Below are positions 40,181 through 52,412 of a DNA stretch of 64,000 nt, in pieces. The notes beneath the pieces were generated by a model that ran no database searches, was not told where the DNA came from, and saw only the letters and a list, made by a program, of their open reading frames with translations. The stretch comes from Eledone cirrhosa (taxonomy: Eukaryota). Location: positions 315,642,001-315,706,000 of the forward strand of contig OZ024742.1 of the NCBI GenBank assembly GCA_964016885.1, given 5' to 3'. How positions within the stretch are numbered: the first letter of the stretch is position 1; each line of letters opens with the position of its first letter. The position numbers and the translations under genes are program-made.

Positions 40181-41273
40181 GGTGTCCCAAAAAATATATA
40201 TATACTTCAACACCATTCTGATAAATATTTCCTGTACAGGTAATCAAAGTGTGTATACATTTTTTGGGGGACACCATATATATTTAACTGGGGGACACTA
40301 TATATATTTAACAGGCATATTTAACTGGATTAAGCAAGAAAGGTTACTTTTACTGTACTAATGTTTTTGGTTTATTTCCATTGTTGATAGAGATGTAGAT
40401 CTACTTGTTATTTGTTTTTGGTGTAGATGTAGTAACAACAGTAGTAGCAGTTGTTGTTATGAATGTTGTTATAAATATACGTAGCCGATCTATCGGACTT
40501 TTACGAAACGCCGAGGAATAAAGTTAATATAAAGAGTGGTATGCTCATGCGCGAAGATGCTCTAACATAGCTTATAAAAGAAGCTGAAGATCTTTAAAGA
40601 CGGAAAAGGAAGCTGCCATCGGCCCGGTTGTTATAAATGTTCTATCATCTCTCCTCTTCTTCGCCCACTTAGTTCTGAGTGGGTCGTGGGGGAGCAGAGC
40701 CCTCAAACACTCCTTCAAAACGGGTCCTATCAGAAGCACCCGTGTCCGACTGATTCGGCTGGGTTTCCAAGCGAAACACACCAAGCTCAGGGATGTTATC
40801 CAACCATCTTGCTCGGGGTCAACTGAGCAAGATGGTTGGTTTGGCCCGTAAAATCTGTCCAGAGATTCTTTCCTGAGACATTCTAACCACATAACCATAT
40901 TATTGGTACTGTGATCTCTCAATTCTTAGAAGTAGCGGCCCTACCTGGAGTGCTTCTCTGATCTCTGAGCTACGCACTTTACCGAGTAACGTTACTCCAA
41001 AGACCCTTCGGAGTACGTTACTCCAAAGACCCTTCGGAGTAACCCCATTTCGGCTGCTTGTATTCGCCATTGTATTCTGTCGCACTTTACCCAAGTTCTA
41101 TGACCATACATAAGGGTTGGTACGAATACCGAATTGTTATAAAAATTGTTTGTTGTAATTGTTTAAGTTGTATTGGATGTTGTAGTTGTAGCTGCTTTGT
41201 TTCATTTAGATATTCTCTTTAATGTTACTCTCTTTCGAGTACAGAAGTATATGGTGTGTAAGAGGACCACTAT

Positions 41274-41519
41274 CAGGGGCGGTGGAAGCATTTCTGAATG
41301 GTGGGGGCAAATTAGGTCAATTCAGTTGTAGTAATTAGTTAAGCTCTTTGCAATCATTAATGGTCAGAAAGAAAACTTCGATATGCGATAAACATAACAT
41401 GTACATAAATTGTAGCGCATATACAAATAGATGTGTGTTTTGGTAGTTTTGGGAGAGAAATATAATTATTTGAGGGTGGGGCATGGCACCTCCCTGGTCC
41501 CCCAGTTCCACCGCCCTTG
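41274..41519. mobile_element. hAT-like MITE
   Basis: TIRs CAGGGGCGGTGGAA / TTCCACCGCCCTTG; no target duplication seen. Confidence 0.6.
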
Positions 41520-41524
41520 TTTGA

Positions 41525-42160
41525 TGTTCAGAATGCATCGGATACAATGCTGATGAAACATTGCCAACTGTTTCATATGATACCTGTAAGTTGTCCACGT
41601 TTGCATCCGTATAGCAGGGCTGTAAGAACACAGACCTCATACACAGAGAGCTTTGTGTTTCTTGTGATACCCGAATCTGACTAGGCACGCTTTTCAAGCT
41701 TCCTGGAGGCAAAACTCGCTTTCGCAATCCTGTGATTTATTTCAGCATCAAGGATACCACCTTTAGTAAGTGTACTTCCGAGATACACAAAGCTGTCCAC
41801 CATTTCAATTTTTTTCCCACCTACAAGAATGTCTGGCTCCTCATACACTTCCCCAGCTGGTGGAGTGTACATGACCTTTGTCATTTTTTTGCTAATATTT
41901 AGCCCAAATGCAATACATACATTGTAGAAAGTGTCCAATATCAACTACATGTCCTCTATTGTGTGACCCTCAAAATCTGCATCATCAGCATAAAGGAATT
42001 CCCTGACAAGAGTGCCAAATGTTTTGAACTTGGTGTTAAAACGTCTTAGATTAAAGACTTTACCAGAGGTTCTAAATTGCGAGTATACACTGATTTCAAA
42101 GTCTTGGACGGCATATGTCAGCAGCACGGCGAAGAATATGGAGAACAGTGGGTGCAGGTA
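41525..42160 (-). mobile_element. RTE/BovB-like RT fragment
   Basis: LFSIFFA..FNLRRF..VREFLYADD, FGLNISKKMTKVM, FVYLGSTL..EINHRIAKAS; related plus-strand fragment at about 36390-36680. Confidence 0.8.
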
Positions 42161-42167
42161 ACACACA

Positions 42168-42248
<81 letters not shown>

Positions 42249-42407
42249 TTAACGGGGAAACCCGTTTTCAAGAAAATGTTTTTACCTGTTTAAAAATCCC
42301 GATCGGATTTAGCGGGGGTAGTTAGTATGACGATGTCTATAATCTATTAGTAATAATCTGATTTATTTATGAGAAAATTACTAATTAATCTCAATTATTG
42401 TATGAGG

Positions 42408-43000
42408 AAGGGCCGGTAGAGTATCGGTAGAGGGTCGGACGCCATGCTTTGACGTATAGAGTTACGGCCCTTGCCATTCTGAGTTCAAATCCCGCCAAGG
42501 TTAACTTTGCCTTTCATCCTTATGGGGTCGATAAAATAAAGTACCAGTAATACACTGGGTAATTGCTGGCCTTGTGCCAAAAGTAGAAACAATTATTGTA
42601 TGAGGAAGGGCGGTTGATTGGCAGTGTCGGTAGAACGTGGCCAATATACTTTGCAGCATGTAGTTATGACCCTTTACCTTCTGAGTTCAAATCACACCGA
42701 GTTTAGCTTTGCCTTTCATCGATACGTCCTTTTAAATTGCTAGCCCCATGCCAAAAGTAGAAACAGTTTTTACCAATGAGTTAAGGGCGGGGGGTCAGCA
42801 AAATTGTTAGAGCGCCGTATAAAATATTTCGTATCATTTAGTTACGACTCTCTAAGTTCAAATCCCACCAAGAGGGGTATGGGATTTCATCCTTCCGAGA
42901 TCGATAAAATAAAATACCAGTCAAGTACTGGTGTCGATATATTCGCCTTTCCTTTCCTCCCAAAATTGCTGGCTTGTACCAAAGTTAGAAACCATCATTA
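42408..43000 (+). mobile_element. Three tandem Nin/Deu-core SINEs
   Basis: Repeated GTTCAAATC..TTTCATC units; ATTGTATGAGGAAGGGC duplicated around the first copy. Confidence 0.8.
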
Positions 43001-44674
43001 CTCATGAGTTAATGTTGCATTTTATGCTGGGTAGTTAACAAAAGAAAGATCGATCCTTCTATATCGGTGTGATTGCTGGACACTTACAGTCGACATGGAA
43101 AGAAGAATTCAGGCGTTGGAGCAGAAAACCATCCTTCAGGTCATAGTCCAGGGAAGTTGAAGAAGGGGCAGCAAAGTAATTCCTGGTCTAACAACATCAA
43201 AAATTAGACAGGTCAAATACACCATGACGAGAGAGAGAGAGAGAAAAGAATGGATCCCAGTACTAGCCGGGTACTTTTTTTATCGACCTCGAAAGGATGA
43301 AAGGTAAAGTGGACCTTTGTGGGATTTGAACTCAGAGCGTAAAAAATCGGAACAAATACCCTAAAGGCATTCTATCTGACTTTCTAATGATTCAGTTCAG
43401 CATGATATTTAAACAATAATCATGAATAGATTAAAGGCGGTGAATTCACAAAGTCATTAGAACATTGGATAGAATGCTTCGTGATATCGTTTTGGCTCTC
43501 TGCGCCCTGAGTTCAAATTTCGCCGAGGTCAACTTTGACTTTCCTCCTTTCGATGTTGATAAATAAAGTGTCAGTTTAGTCCAGTACTCCGGTCATTTCT
43601 TTCTCCTATATCGATTTCTCACTGATTTATATCTCTTTCTCATTTCCTTTCTCCCACACACACTCTCTCCTCCGCAAGTAATCGGCTGTATTCAGATTTT
43701 GTGCAGGGAAATGGACTCCGCCAGTTTTAACACGCCTATGGCACGCCGTATATCATGACGGCGCCATTACGTCTCCCTCAGGTGTTAAGTGTTCATGCAC
43801 AAAAACAAACAAACAAAAAAACAAATATATAAATATATATAAAAAACTGAATAGATTGGTTGCAAGGAGAATGTGTTTCCTGGAAATATCCATCCATCTC
43901 ATAATGTTTGAATATGTTTAATTGTTTCTAATTTAATCGTGAAGTACTTAGTTGACTGTCACGGTATATACCGGGAATATTTCCGGATTCTATTATAGGA
44001 AATATTGTCAAAACATTTAGCTAATCAATAAATGTCATCGCTATTTTCAGCTAGGACATTGCTGATCAGTTATTAACTTTCTAGCTACGCGAAATTTACT
44101 GTTCTGGAAATATATTGCCTTTGCTAACCAGATGTCCACCTTCATTTCGATATATATATATAAATATATATATTAGTTGTAATGTCATTGGTGCCAAGCT
44201 GTATTAACCTTTGTCTTTCTCTTGAACAACATCATTTATGGTGTATATATAAAATGAAGGTGGATAGACTGTATTTTATATATACACCATAAATGATGTA
44301 TATGTATATATATATATATATATATATAATGTTTATATATATATATATATATATATAGGAATGAAAAATGGCGTGCTGTGTTGTTGCAAATGTGATATGC
44401 AAATTGAAATGAAGAATTAGAAATAGGACTATCCATCATCAGTGATCTACTAGCCATCATAGGTATTTCTTCGCATTAAAGACCAATATATATATATATA
44501 TATATATAAATATAAACATTTATAGATATGTAAATATATATATATTGGAGTTTGTTGTCACATAGATCGATTATGTTTCGGTTTAAGGCAGTAATTTCCA
44601 AAGTGCGTTGATCTGGTGAGGCTGGCAGACTAAAAAGGGGCAGTAAGGTACAAGTACTTCACTTTGTCATAGTT

Positions 44675-45340
44675 ACTACATTTGGCTCAAGGCCAGCAAT
44701 TTGAACGGCAAGTGAAAGTCGACTAAATCGACCCCAGTGTGTTACTGGTACTTTATTTGATCGACCCTCCTAAGGATGAAAGGTAAATATGACCTCGATG
44801 GGATTTGACAAAATAATGGTTTCTGTTTTAGGCATAACGCCAGCAATGTTTTGGGGGAGGGGAAAGTCGATCAAATCGACCCCAGTGCATTACTGGTATT
44901 TTATTTTATCGACCCCGTAAGGATGAAAGGTAAAGATGACCTCGACAGGATTTGAACTCAATAATAATAATGATAAAAGCCCCCACCCCACCTAACATCG
45001 CAGTATTATCGCCCCATCGTTGTGAGACGTGTGGTTAATTCGACTAAATGTAGAAACTCTGATAAAATGAAGTACCAGTAACGTACTGGGATCGACTTAA
45101 TCGACTTTCCCCTCCCCTAAAATTGTTGGCTTTGTGCCTAAATCAGAAACCGTGGATTAGCAGTATCGGTAGAGGGTCGGACGCCAGGCTTTGTAGCATA
45201 GAGTTACGCTCCTTTACGGTCTGAGTTCAAATCCCACCGAGGTTAACTTTGCCTTTCATCCTTATGGGGTCGATAAAATAAAGTACCAGTAATACACTGG
45301 GTAATTGCTGGCCTTGTGCCAAAAGTAGAAACAGTTATTA
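44675..45340. mobile_element. SINE cluster (two minus-strand copies, then plus-strand copies)
   Basis: Same Nin/Deu-core family. Confidence 0.8.
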
Positions 45341-45344
45341 TTGT

Positions 45345-45630
45345 GATTCTTCTTCTTGTTGTATGACATGTGTAGAGCTGCTAAAGAGGCAGGTTGAGAC
45401 CAGGGAGTGAGACGAAGGTGTCATTTGCAGCATTATGGATAGCATCAAGGCCGCCGGGAATACGTCTGAGGGGGGCAATTCCGAACAACATGCAGTACTG
45501 TTTGGTTAGGGTCCCCACAGTAATATGCTACACTGTCTTTCATTTGCCATCGAACAAGATGATGGGCTGTCATGGACATGTGTTGTGTGGATCCGATTAA
45601 GGGCCACCCATTGCTTTCTGTTAATGTGGT
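45345..45630 (-). mobile_element. I-group (Ingi/Vingi-like) LINE 3' fragment
   Basis: RKQWVALNRI..HLVRWQMKDS..CGDPNQTVLHVVRNCP (degenerate CCHC); (AAG)n tail. Confidence 0.6.
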
Positions 45631-46047
45631 GGGTTGGCAGAAACGGTAGAGCATCTGACGAAACTATTTGCGGTGTTTGTTCCGGCTCTTTACCTTCTGA
45701 GTTCAACAACCACCGAGCTAAATTTTGACTTTCATCCTCCTGGGGTCGAAAAACTAAAATACCAGTCAAATACTGGGTCCATATAATCGACCTGATCATT
45801 CCACCAAATTGTTAATATTGTGCTGAAATTAGAAACGATCAACAGTCACATAAAAAACCTTCCTCCCCATCATCACCATCATCATCATCAATAGTAGTAG
45901 TAGTAGAGGTGGTGGTCTACTAGTAGTAGTAAAATATTTAATCCCTTCACCGAGATAATCTTTCGGAGGTGATGAGGGAGAGACTAAAGCGGAATTTCGC
46001 TTATTTTACAATAAATTTTGTCGGTAAAACCTAAAAAAAAGAAAAAC

Positions 46048-46120
<73 letters not shown>

Positions 46121-46139
46121 GTATGTATGAGAAAATAAT

Positions 46140-46185
<46 letters not shown>

Positions 46186-46324
46186 GTAGATGTAGATACA
46201 TTTACCAAAATATACAGTAGTGTCCAATCCGTATGAAGAACTCAATGTAATCCAAATATCATGAAAAGAGAAGATGCATTCAAAAATTTTCGATAAAAAT
46301 CATAGGAAAACAGAGTCAAGATAA

Positions 46325-46358
<34 letters not shown>

Positions 46359-46451
46359 GAAGTAATTCCGTCGGAAAAGTCCAGGAAAAAAGAGTGCTCT
46401 ATGTAGGTAACAGAGCTTAATAGTTATGTAATAAACAACATAAGGCAATTA

Positions 46452-46511
46452 TTCCATTTACCAGTGGTTTCTTAAAAGCAAAAGATTTTGCTTTCAATCC
46501 TCAGAATGAAA
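46452..46511 (-). ncRNA. Type I hammerhead ribozyme (identical inverted copy)
   Basis: Reverse complement of 46531-46590. Confidence 0.8.
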
Positions 46512-46530
46512 AAAAAACAGACCAGGATTT

Positions 46531-46590
46531 TTTCATTCTGAGGATTGAAAGCAAAATCTTTTGCTTTTAAGAAACCACTGGTAAATGGAA
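46531..46590 (+). ncRNA. Type I hammerhead ribozyme
   Basis: TTTCATT-CTGAGGA-TTGAAAGCAAAA tc TTTTGCTTTTAA-GAAA-CCA c TGG-TA/AATGGAA; all core nucleotides present; GUA triplet at 46581-46583. Confidence 0.8.
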
Positions 46591-47049
46591 TAATTGTCTT
46601 ATGTTGTTTATTACATAACTATATATATATATATCTATATATATGTGTGTGTGTGTGTATAGATACATATATATGTGTGTGTGTGTATAGATACATATAT
46701 ATGTGTGTGTGTGTATAGATACATATATATGTGTGTGTGTGTATAGATACATATATGTGTGTGTGTGTGTATAGATACATATATGTGTGTGTGTGTGTGT
46801 ATAGATACATATATATGTGTGTGTGTGTGTGTGTATAGATACATATATGTGTGTATATATACATACATATACCAATGCATATATACGTGTATGTGTGTAT
46901 GTGTCATAGAATCCTTATGTTTCAAGGTCACTAAAAGAGGTAGAAAACTGTATGAAAACAATAACATTTAAAATTACATGATATTGCCAAGGAGCCTTAC
47001 ACCAAGACGGTTATACATGTAATTTAAAATGTTATTGTTTACGCCATGC

Positions 47050-47240
47050 AGTGGAGTGGCAGTATCGGTAGAGCGTCAGACACCATCTTTGCAGCATAGA
47101 GTTATGGCCCTTTACGTTCTGAATTCAAATACTGCCGGGGTTAACTTTGCCTTTAATCCTTACGGGGTCGATAAAATAAAGTACCAGTAATACACTAGGA
47201 TAATTGCTGGTCTTGTGTCAGAAGTAGAAACAGTTATTGA
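47050..47240 (+). mobile_element. Nin/Deu-core SINE
   Basis: Same family as 45155-45340. Confidence 0.8.
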
Positions 47241-47984
47241 CGTCATGCGTTTAATTTCCTCCCTAACGGTAGTTTTTCTTGCAAAATATTGGGTCGTCAA
47301 GTATGAAATTTGTAGAAATTTGTTTTTTTTCTAGAAATTTCTACAAATTTCATACTTGACGACCTAATAATTTCATCCCAAATGATTATATTAATATGTT
47401 ATTCTCTAATTCAGGGTTTCCCAAACTTTTTCAAATGCGGAACCTTTTTTTTTGGTTCAGAAACTTTTAGGGGAAACCCCAAAATCTAATACTGTTATAT
47501 GGTCGTAATATAAATATACTCCTCTAACTTTTTTCACGGACCCTCCTTTGTGGAACCCACTTTGGGAACTACTACTCAACCATTACAGAACTTACGCTTG
47601 GGTCCCAAATAATAAGGGGTGGGGTGGAATCGGTTATTGTATCGTGTACTTCGTAAATATGGGATTTTTTGTAATGTTCTTTTTTTTTTGTCATATATAA
47701 TGTTTTTTTTAATGTATCGATATAAATCACTTACAATAAAATTTCGCCGAAGATAGATTAGCAAAATTTAATAAGTACGGGGGGATGGGAGGTGGAATAA
47801 AAGCGGTGGGGTTCGAAAAAATCTGAGAAATTAATAAGCGGGGGTAGATTCAAATATCACAGAGAAAGAGAGAGAGGGGAGAAATGAGGTGGAACAGAAA
47901 TGAAACATGGATTACAAGTTAAAATATAGTCTAGACAGATGTGAAACAAAACGAAGATGTAGTTTATGGAACACCCAAATGATT

Positions 47985-48440
47985 TAGAAATCGACCTTAA
48001 GTAGGAGCAATAACATTAAGAAAGACATGAACGACACCATAACACTTTGTTTTGAAAAGTTTGAAAGTAGGTTCATAAGTATGAATTTTCATACGATTTT
48101 TCGTAGTTGTCGCTGTGGCCTAGCGGTAGATACTAGAGACGTTGGAGATCCTGTCCTTGGGTTCAATCCTGGTCAAGAGGTACATGTAACCTTTTTCAGT
48201 TTTTATTTTACAACCCATAGAAAAAACTGAAAAGGTTTACTGGGAACCATACTCCCGACCAGGATCGAACTTCAGACCAAGCTCACCACCGTCTATGATT
48301 CCTCCAACTAGGCCACCGAGACAGCCAGAACAATTTAATGAAAATTGATAATTATAAACCTTCTTTTGAAATCAAAGTTAAAAAGATGTGGTGTCGTTCA
48401 TGGCTTTCCTAGAGGTATTAGTAATATTTAGGGTCGACTT
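47985..48440. other. Imperfect palindrome containing two convergent tRNA-like (A/B box) units
   Basis: Plus strand TGGCCTAGCGG..GGTTCAATCC; minus strand TGGCCTAGTTGG..AGTTCGATCC; both followed by CCTTTT(T)CAGTTTTT; 5' flanks homologous. Confidence 0.65.
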
Positions 48441-48866
48441 GTGGTCATTATTGAAAGTCTCTGGATTTCGCAAAATACATATTTTTTATTGGAGAAGGTA
48501 AGATATTTTTCCACAAAAATATGATTGCACTGTTTTGTTTCCACTTATGTATTTTTCGAAAATGTCATTTATTCATTATAAAAATTAAATGATAGCATTC
48601 TATATGTAGGTGGGCCCTCCTTCATTTCCTGGAAACCATTATTTTTAGACCCAGTCCGCCACTGCTTAGGTGTCAATGTAACTCAATAGATCACCTATAT
48701 TTCTTGATAATATAAGGCGAGATACTTTTGTGCTACATACATAATTAATTGATTGACCGATTAATTAATTCTTTGGACTGGTGCTATATCTTTCCTTATA
48801 GAAACGACGAGTGTAGAAATAAAAGATTGATTTCGAATAACCATCTTGGTGTTTCCTTATGTATTG

Positions 48867-48915
<49 letters not shown>

Positions 48916-49643
48916 GGAAAATGTGAAGTTGTAGATGTTAATGAATCCTATATTAATAGAGCCGTTATACATATTTTAATGACGATTTACATCGTGATTT
49001 CATCAGACAGCAAAATTGAGTAAAAGGTAACGTTTCCGAGGCATTTATGGGTGGGAGGGAGCGGATATATATACACAAATGGAAGTTCAGTAGAATCGAA
49101 GCTCTGGCTGCGACCAAGCTAACGAATGCAATCTGGAATGTGCAGTTAAGCACTCAATAAGGTAGTTTCACCTTAGAGTAATAACATACATTTAGACAGC
49201 TTGACAAATTGAAGACTGCGACCGGTGAGCCATCCACAAGGACCAAAGCAACGAGAAAACCAACTCAGGATAATGACAAGAACAAAGTGAAGGTGTTACA
49301 GTAAGTAATGTATTGATCAATCCTGGTTATATATATATCGGTTGTTTACTTGTCCTGTGTGGCGTACGTGTGTCTGGTGAATTCCAGGCCCATGATTGAA
49401 CATTCTCTACACTTGTTTGTAACTGGCTGGTTTGTCCAAAGATCCGATGTGAATTTTGTTGTGATAGCACTGGTCTGAGGATCAGACAGATTTGGAATCT
49501 GGTCTGGAACATAACCCGGATCATGAGCTGAATGTTTGTGAAACAATTGTATGGCATATGATTCAGTTAACGTAAACAACCCTTAGTCATTGGCTGAACA
49601 TATTTCCAACCTTTCACATTCCTTGCCTTCCTGACTGCTCCAT

Positions 49644-49694
<51 letters not shown>

Positions 49695-49700
<6 letters not shown>

Positions 49701-50995
49701 AAAATAACAGATTAAAGTTTAAGCAAAGAATCGCTGCTTTCACCCTTAACGGGATCTTCTGAAACTAACAAAGTCAATCTGTAAACGCAGAACTGGATAT
49801 TTCAAAAAACGTTGCAACCGGAGGAAGACAGGAAGACGATACTTTGGTTCGTGGTAACGTTCCCTGGCGAAGAACGGGGAAAAAACGAATAATACGTCAT
49901 TAATAGGAGCGGTGAAAAACAATTACGCGCAAAGACAAAACCACGTGTATGGTATAAAAGAGGTCGTAGACTAATGTTTTCTTTGGTGGTGCATAGAGAC
50001 GTTCTCTGGCAATGAACGAAAAAACGAAGATAATAAGTCATATGTGGAGCGTGGAGAACAATAGCACGCAAAGACAAAACCACGTAAATGGTATAGCATA
50101 ATTCGTAGACTAAAATTCTAACTAGGAGACCAAATGAATCTCCGCTACAGAGTTAAGAACAAAGTAAATAAATACAATACAGAAATAATAGAAACAAATA
50201 AATACATACACGCAAACAAATACGTACATACACAAGCGTACGCAAAACCTTACCATGAGTATACAAAACCATGCACATATAAATATGTGTGTGTGTATGC
50301 TTGTGTACAAATAAATAAATAATTATATAAACGTATATAAGTAAATAAATACGTATATAACAAGCGCACACGCATACCTACATATAAATACACGAATGTT
50401 CGGAGAGGTAAGTCAACTAAAACAAGAAGTACACATATACACACACCCACCATACGTACGAACTTGCACACTCACGCGGACGCAAAACTCCCGTATACAC
50501 ATAGCCAAACCCTAAATACCAGAATATGTAAAAATTATACGCTATAACAGTCAAGTATACGTACGAGAAGGTATACATACCTTCACAAAACATACGGGTA
50601 ATATATACTTACCTATGCAAATAAGTAAAGGAATAAACAAAACATATACTTAGCTCCCACATCAAGACGTAAAATATCCACGTATAGATCGTGCTATCCG
50701 TTAGGGTATAACGTGGGGCTGTAATACAGGAAAGTTTTGTGCAATTTATGTTTACAAGCCGAAATTGCCTCAGATTTTTTGTTTAAGATGTGGTCTGTAG
50801 CGTAGAGTATTTCCAGGGCCTCAGCGGCGCAGAGGTCACATAGTCTTTTATTTCCGTTATACGATCTAGCCCTAGCTAGGATCTCCCAGTGTAACTTATA
50901 TTGGGTGTGGTTGTCTTTTAGACTCCAGATATAAGCTGAAAAAGGGTGAAAGCAGCGATTCTTTGCTTAAACTTTAATCTGTTATTTTAATAAAT
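49695..50995. mobile_element. Non-coding element of about 1.3 kb with inverted termini of about 50 bp, next to (TA)n
   Basis: ATTAAAATAACAGATTAAAGTTTAAGCAAAGAATCGCTGCTTTCACCCTT and its exact reverse complement at about 50942-50991; left end also present at about 28300-28500. Confidence 0.65.
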
Positions 50996-51082
50996 ATTTG
51001 CTCTACGGTTCTTATATATTTGATATATATTTTCCTTATCGAGCCCTCTTTGGATTTTAGTCTTCAATTTTATTATTATTAC

Positions 51083-51114
<32 letters not shown>

Positions 51115-51835
51115 GTCTTAAGCCAGAAGACTCATTTGACTGGTGCTTATCCCGGTTTCGTGGCGTGAAGCGACTGAGAGTAAAAGACTCCCTCTGAACA
51201 GGACGCCAGTCCATCGCAGGGTTAAACCTCCAGCTATTACTGGTACTCATTTTCAGCTGAGTATAGTGGAACAACGTGAAATGAAGTGTTTTGCTCAAGA
51301 ACAATACGCAACCCAGGAATCGAACCCACGGCATTATGATCGTAAATCCAACACCCTTACCACTGGGTCACGTCTCTGTCTCTCTCTCTCTATATATATA
51401 TAATGAAGAATTAGAAATAGAAGCCAGGACTATACATCATCAGTGGTCTACTAGCCATCATAGGTATTTCTTCGCATTAAAGACCAGATACCTCAGGCTA
51501 GCGCGAGCAATAATTAAAATAAGTTTTTAGGATAAAAAGAATTGGGTGGAGAAAGAGAGACAGGTAAACAAACACGAATGGTGAGGCAACGTAAAGAGAG
51601 GAAAAAGTGAGAAAATCTAGTCAATGATTCATTTGAACATAAGAACTTGTGAATATTGACGAGAAGACGAAGTATCTGGTCTGTAATGCGAAGAAATACC
51701 TGTGATGGCTAGTAGATCACTGATGATGGATAGTCCTGGCTTCTATTTCTAATTCTTCATTTTAATTTGTATATCACCTATGCAACAACACAGCACGCCA
51801 TTTTTCATTCCTATATATATATTATTAGAAATGTT

Positions 51836-52044
51836 AGCTATCGCCGTATTTTGGCTAAAGAAATTTAAGAAATTATTTAGCCTGATAGTGGGGTTAAGAA
51901 CCCTCGGAGAAATTGAAAAAGATGAGTATTGACGTACATCCCATGGTCGTCAATACTCATCTTTTTCCATTTCTCCGAGGGTTCTTAACCCCACTATCAG
52001 GCTAAATAATTTCTTAAATTTCTTTAGTCAAAATACGGCGATAG

Positions 52045-52046
<2 letters not shown>
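51836..52046. repeat. Fold-back with 99-bp arms and 13-nt loop between (TA)n runs
   Basis: 51836-51934 vs 51948-52046, only a couple of mismatches. Confidence 0.9.
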
Positions 52047-52099
<53 letters not shown>

Positions 52100-52412
52100 A
52101 GGAAAAATGGCGTGCTGTGTTGTTGCAAATGTGATATATCAGGCTAAATAATTTCTTTAATTTCTTTAGTCAAAATACGGCGACAGCTTACATTTCTAAT
52201 AATTTCAAACCTACTCGCTGTTTCGAAAATATTCTTACTATATATATATATTTATATATATATATATATATATATCTATATAGGGAGGAAAAAATGATTA
52301 TTAGGAAGAAAAATATATTTTTTTCCTTATTTTTTTCTGGGTTAGGAAATATTTAAAACAAAATATTTTACTTTGTGTGAAGTGTTAAGGTATTAGTTAA
52401 TTTATATATTAA

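Larger units (their letters stand above)
46420..46622. repeat. Fold-back element with arms of about 95 bp, anchored at (TA)n
   Basis: About 46420-46514 is the near-perfect reverse complement of about 46528-46622. Confidence 0.9.

Noticed and set aside
49725-49770. Minus-strand CAGAAGA-TCCC..GGGT-GAAA as a hammerhead
   Set aside because: Core U4 is altered in both copies (also near 28340-28365) and stem I does not form
51715-51760. CTGATGA motif as a hammerhead
   Set aside because: No downstream GAAA or stem III
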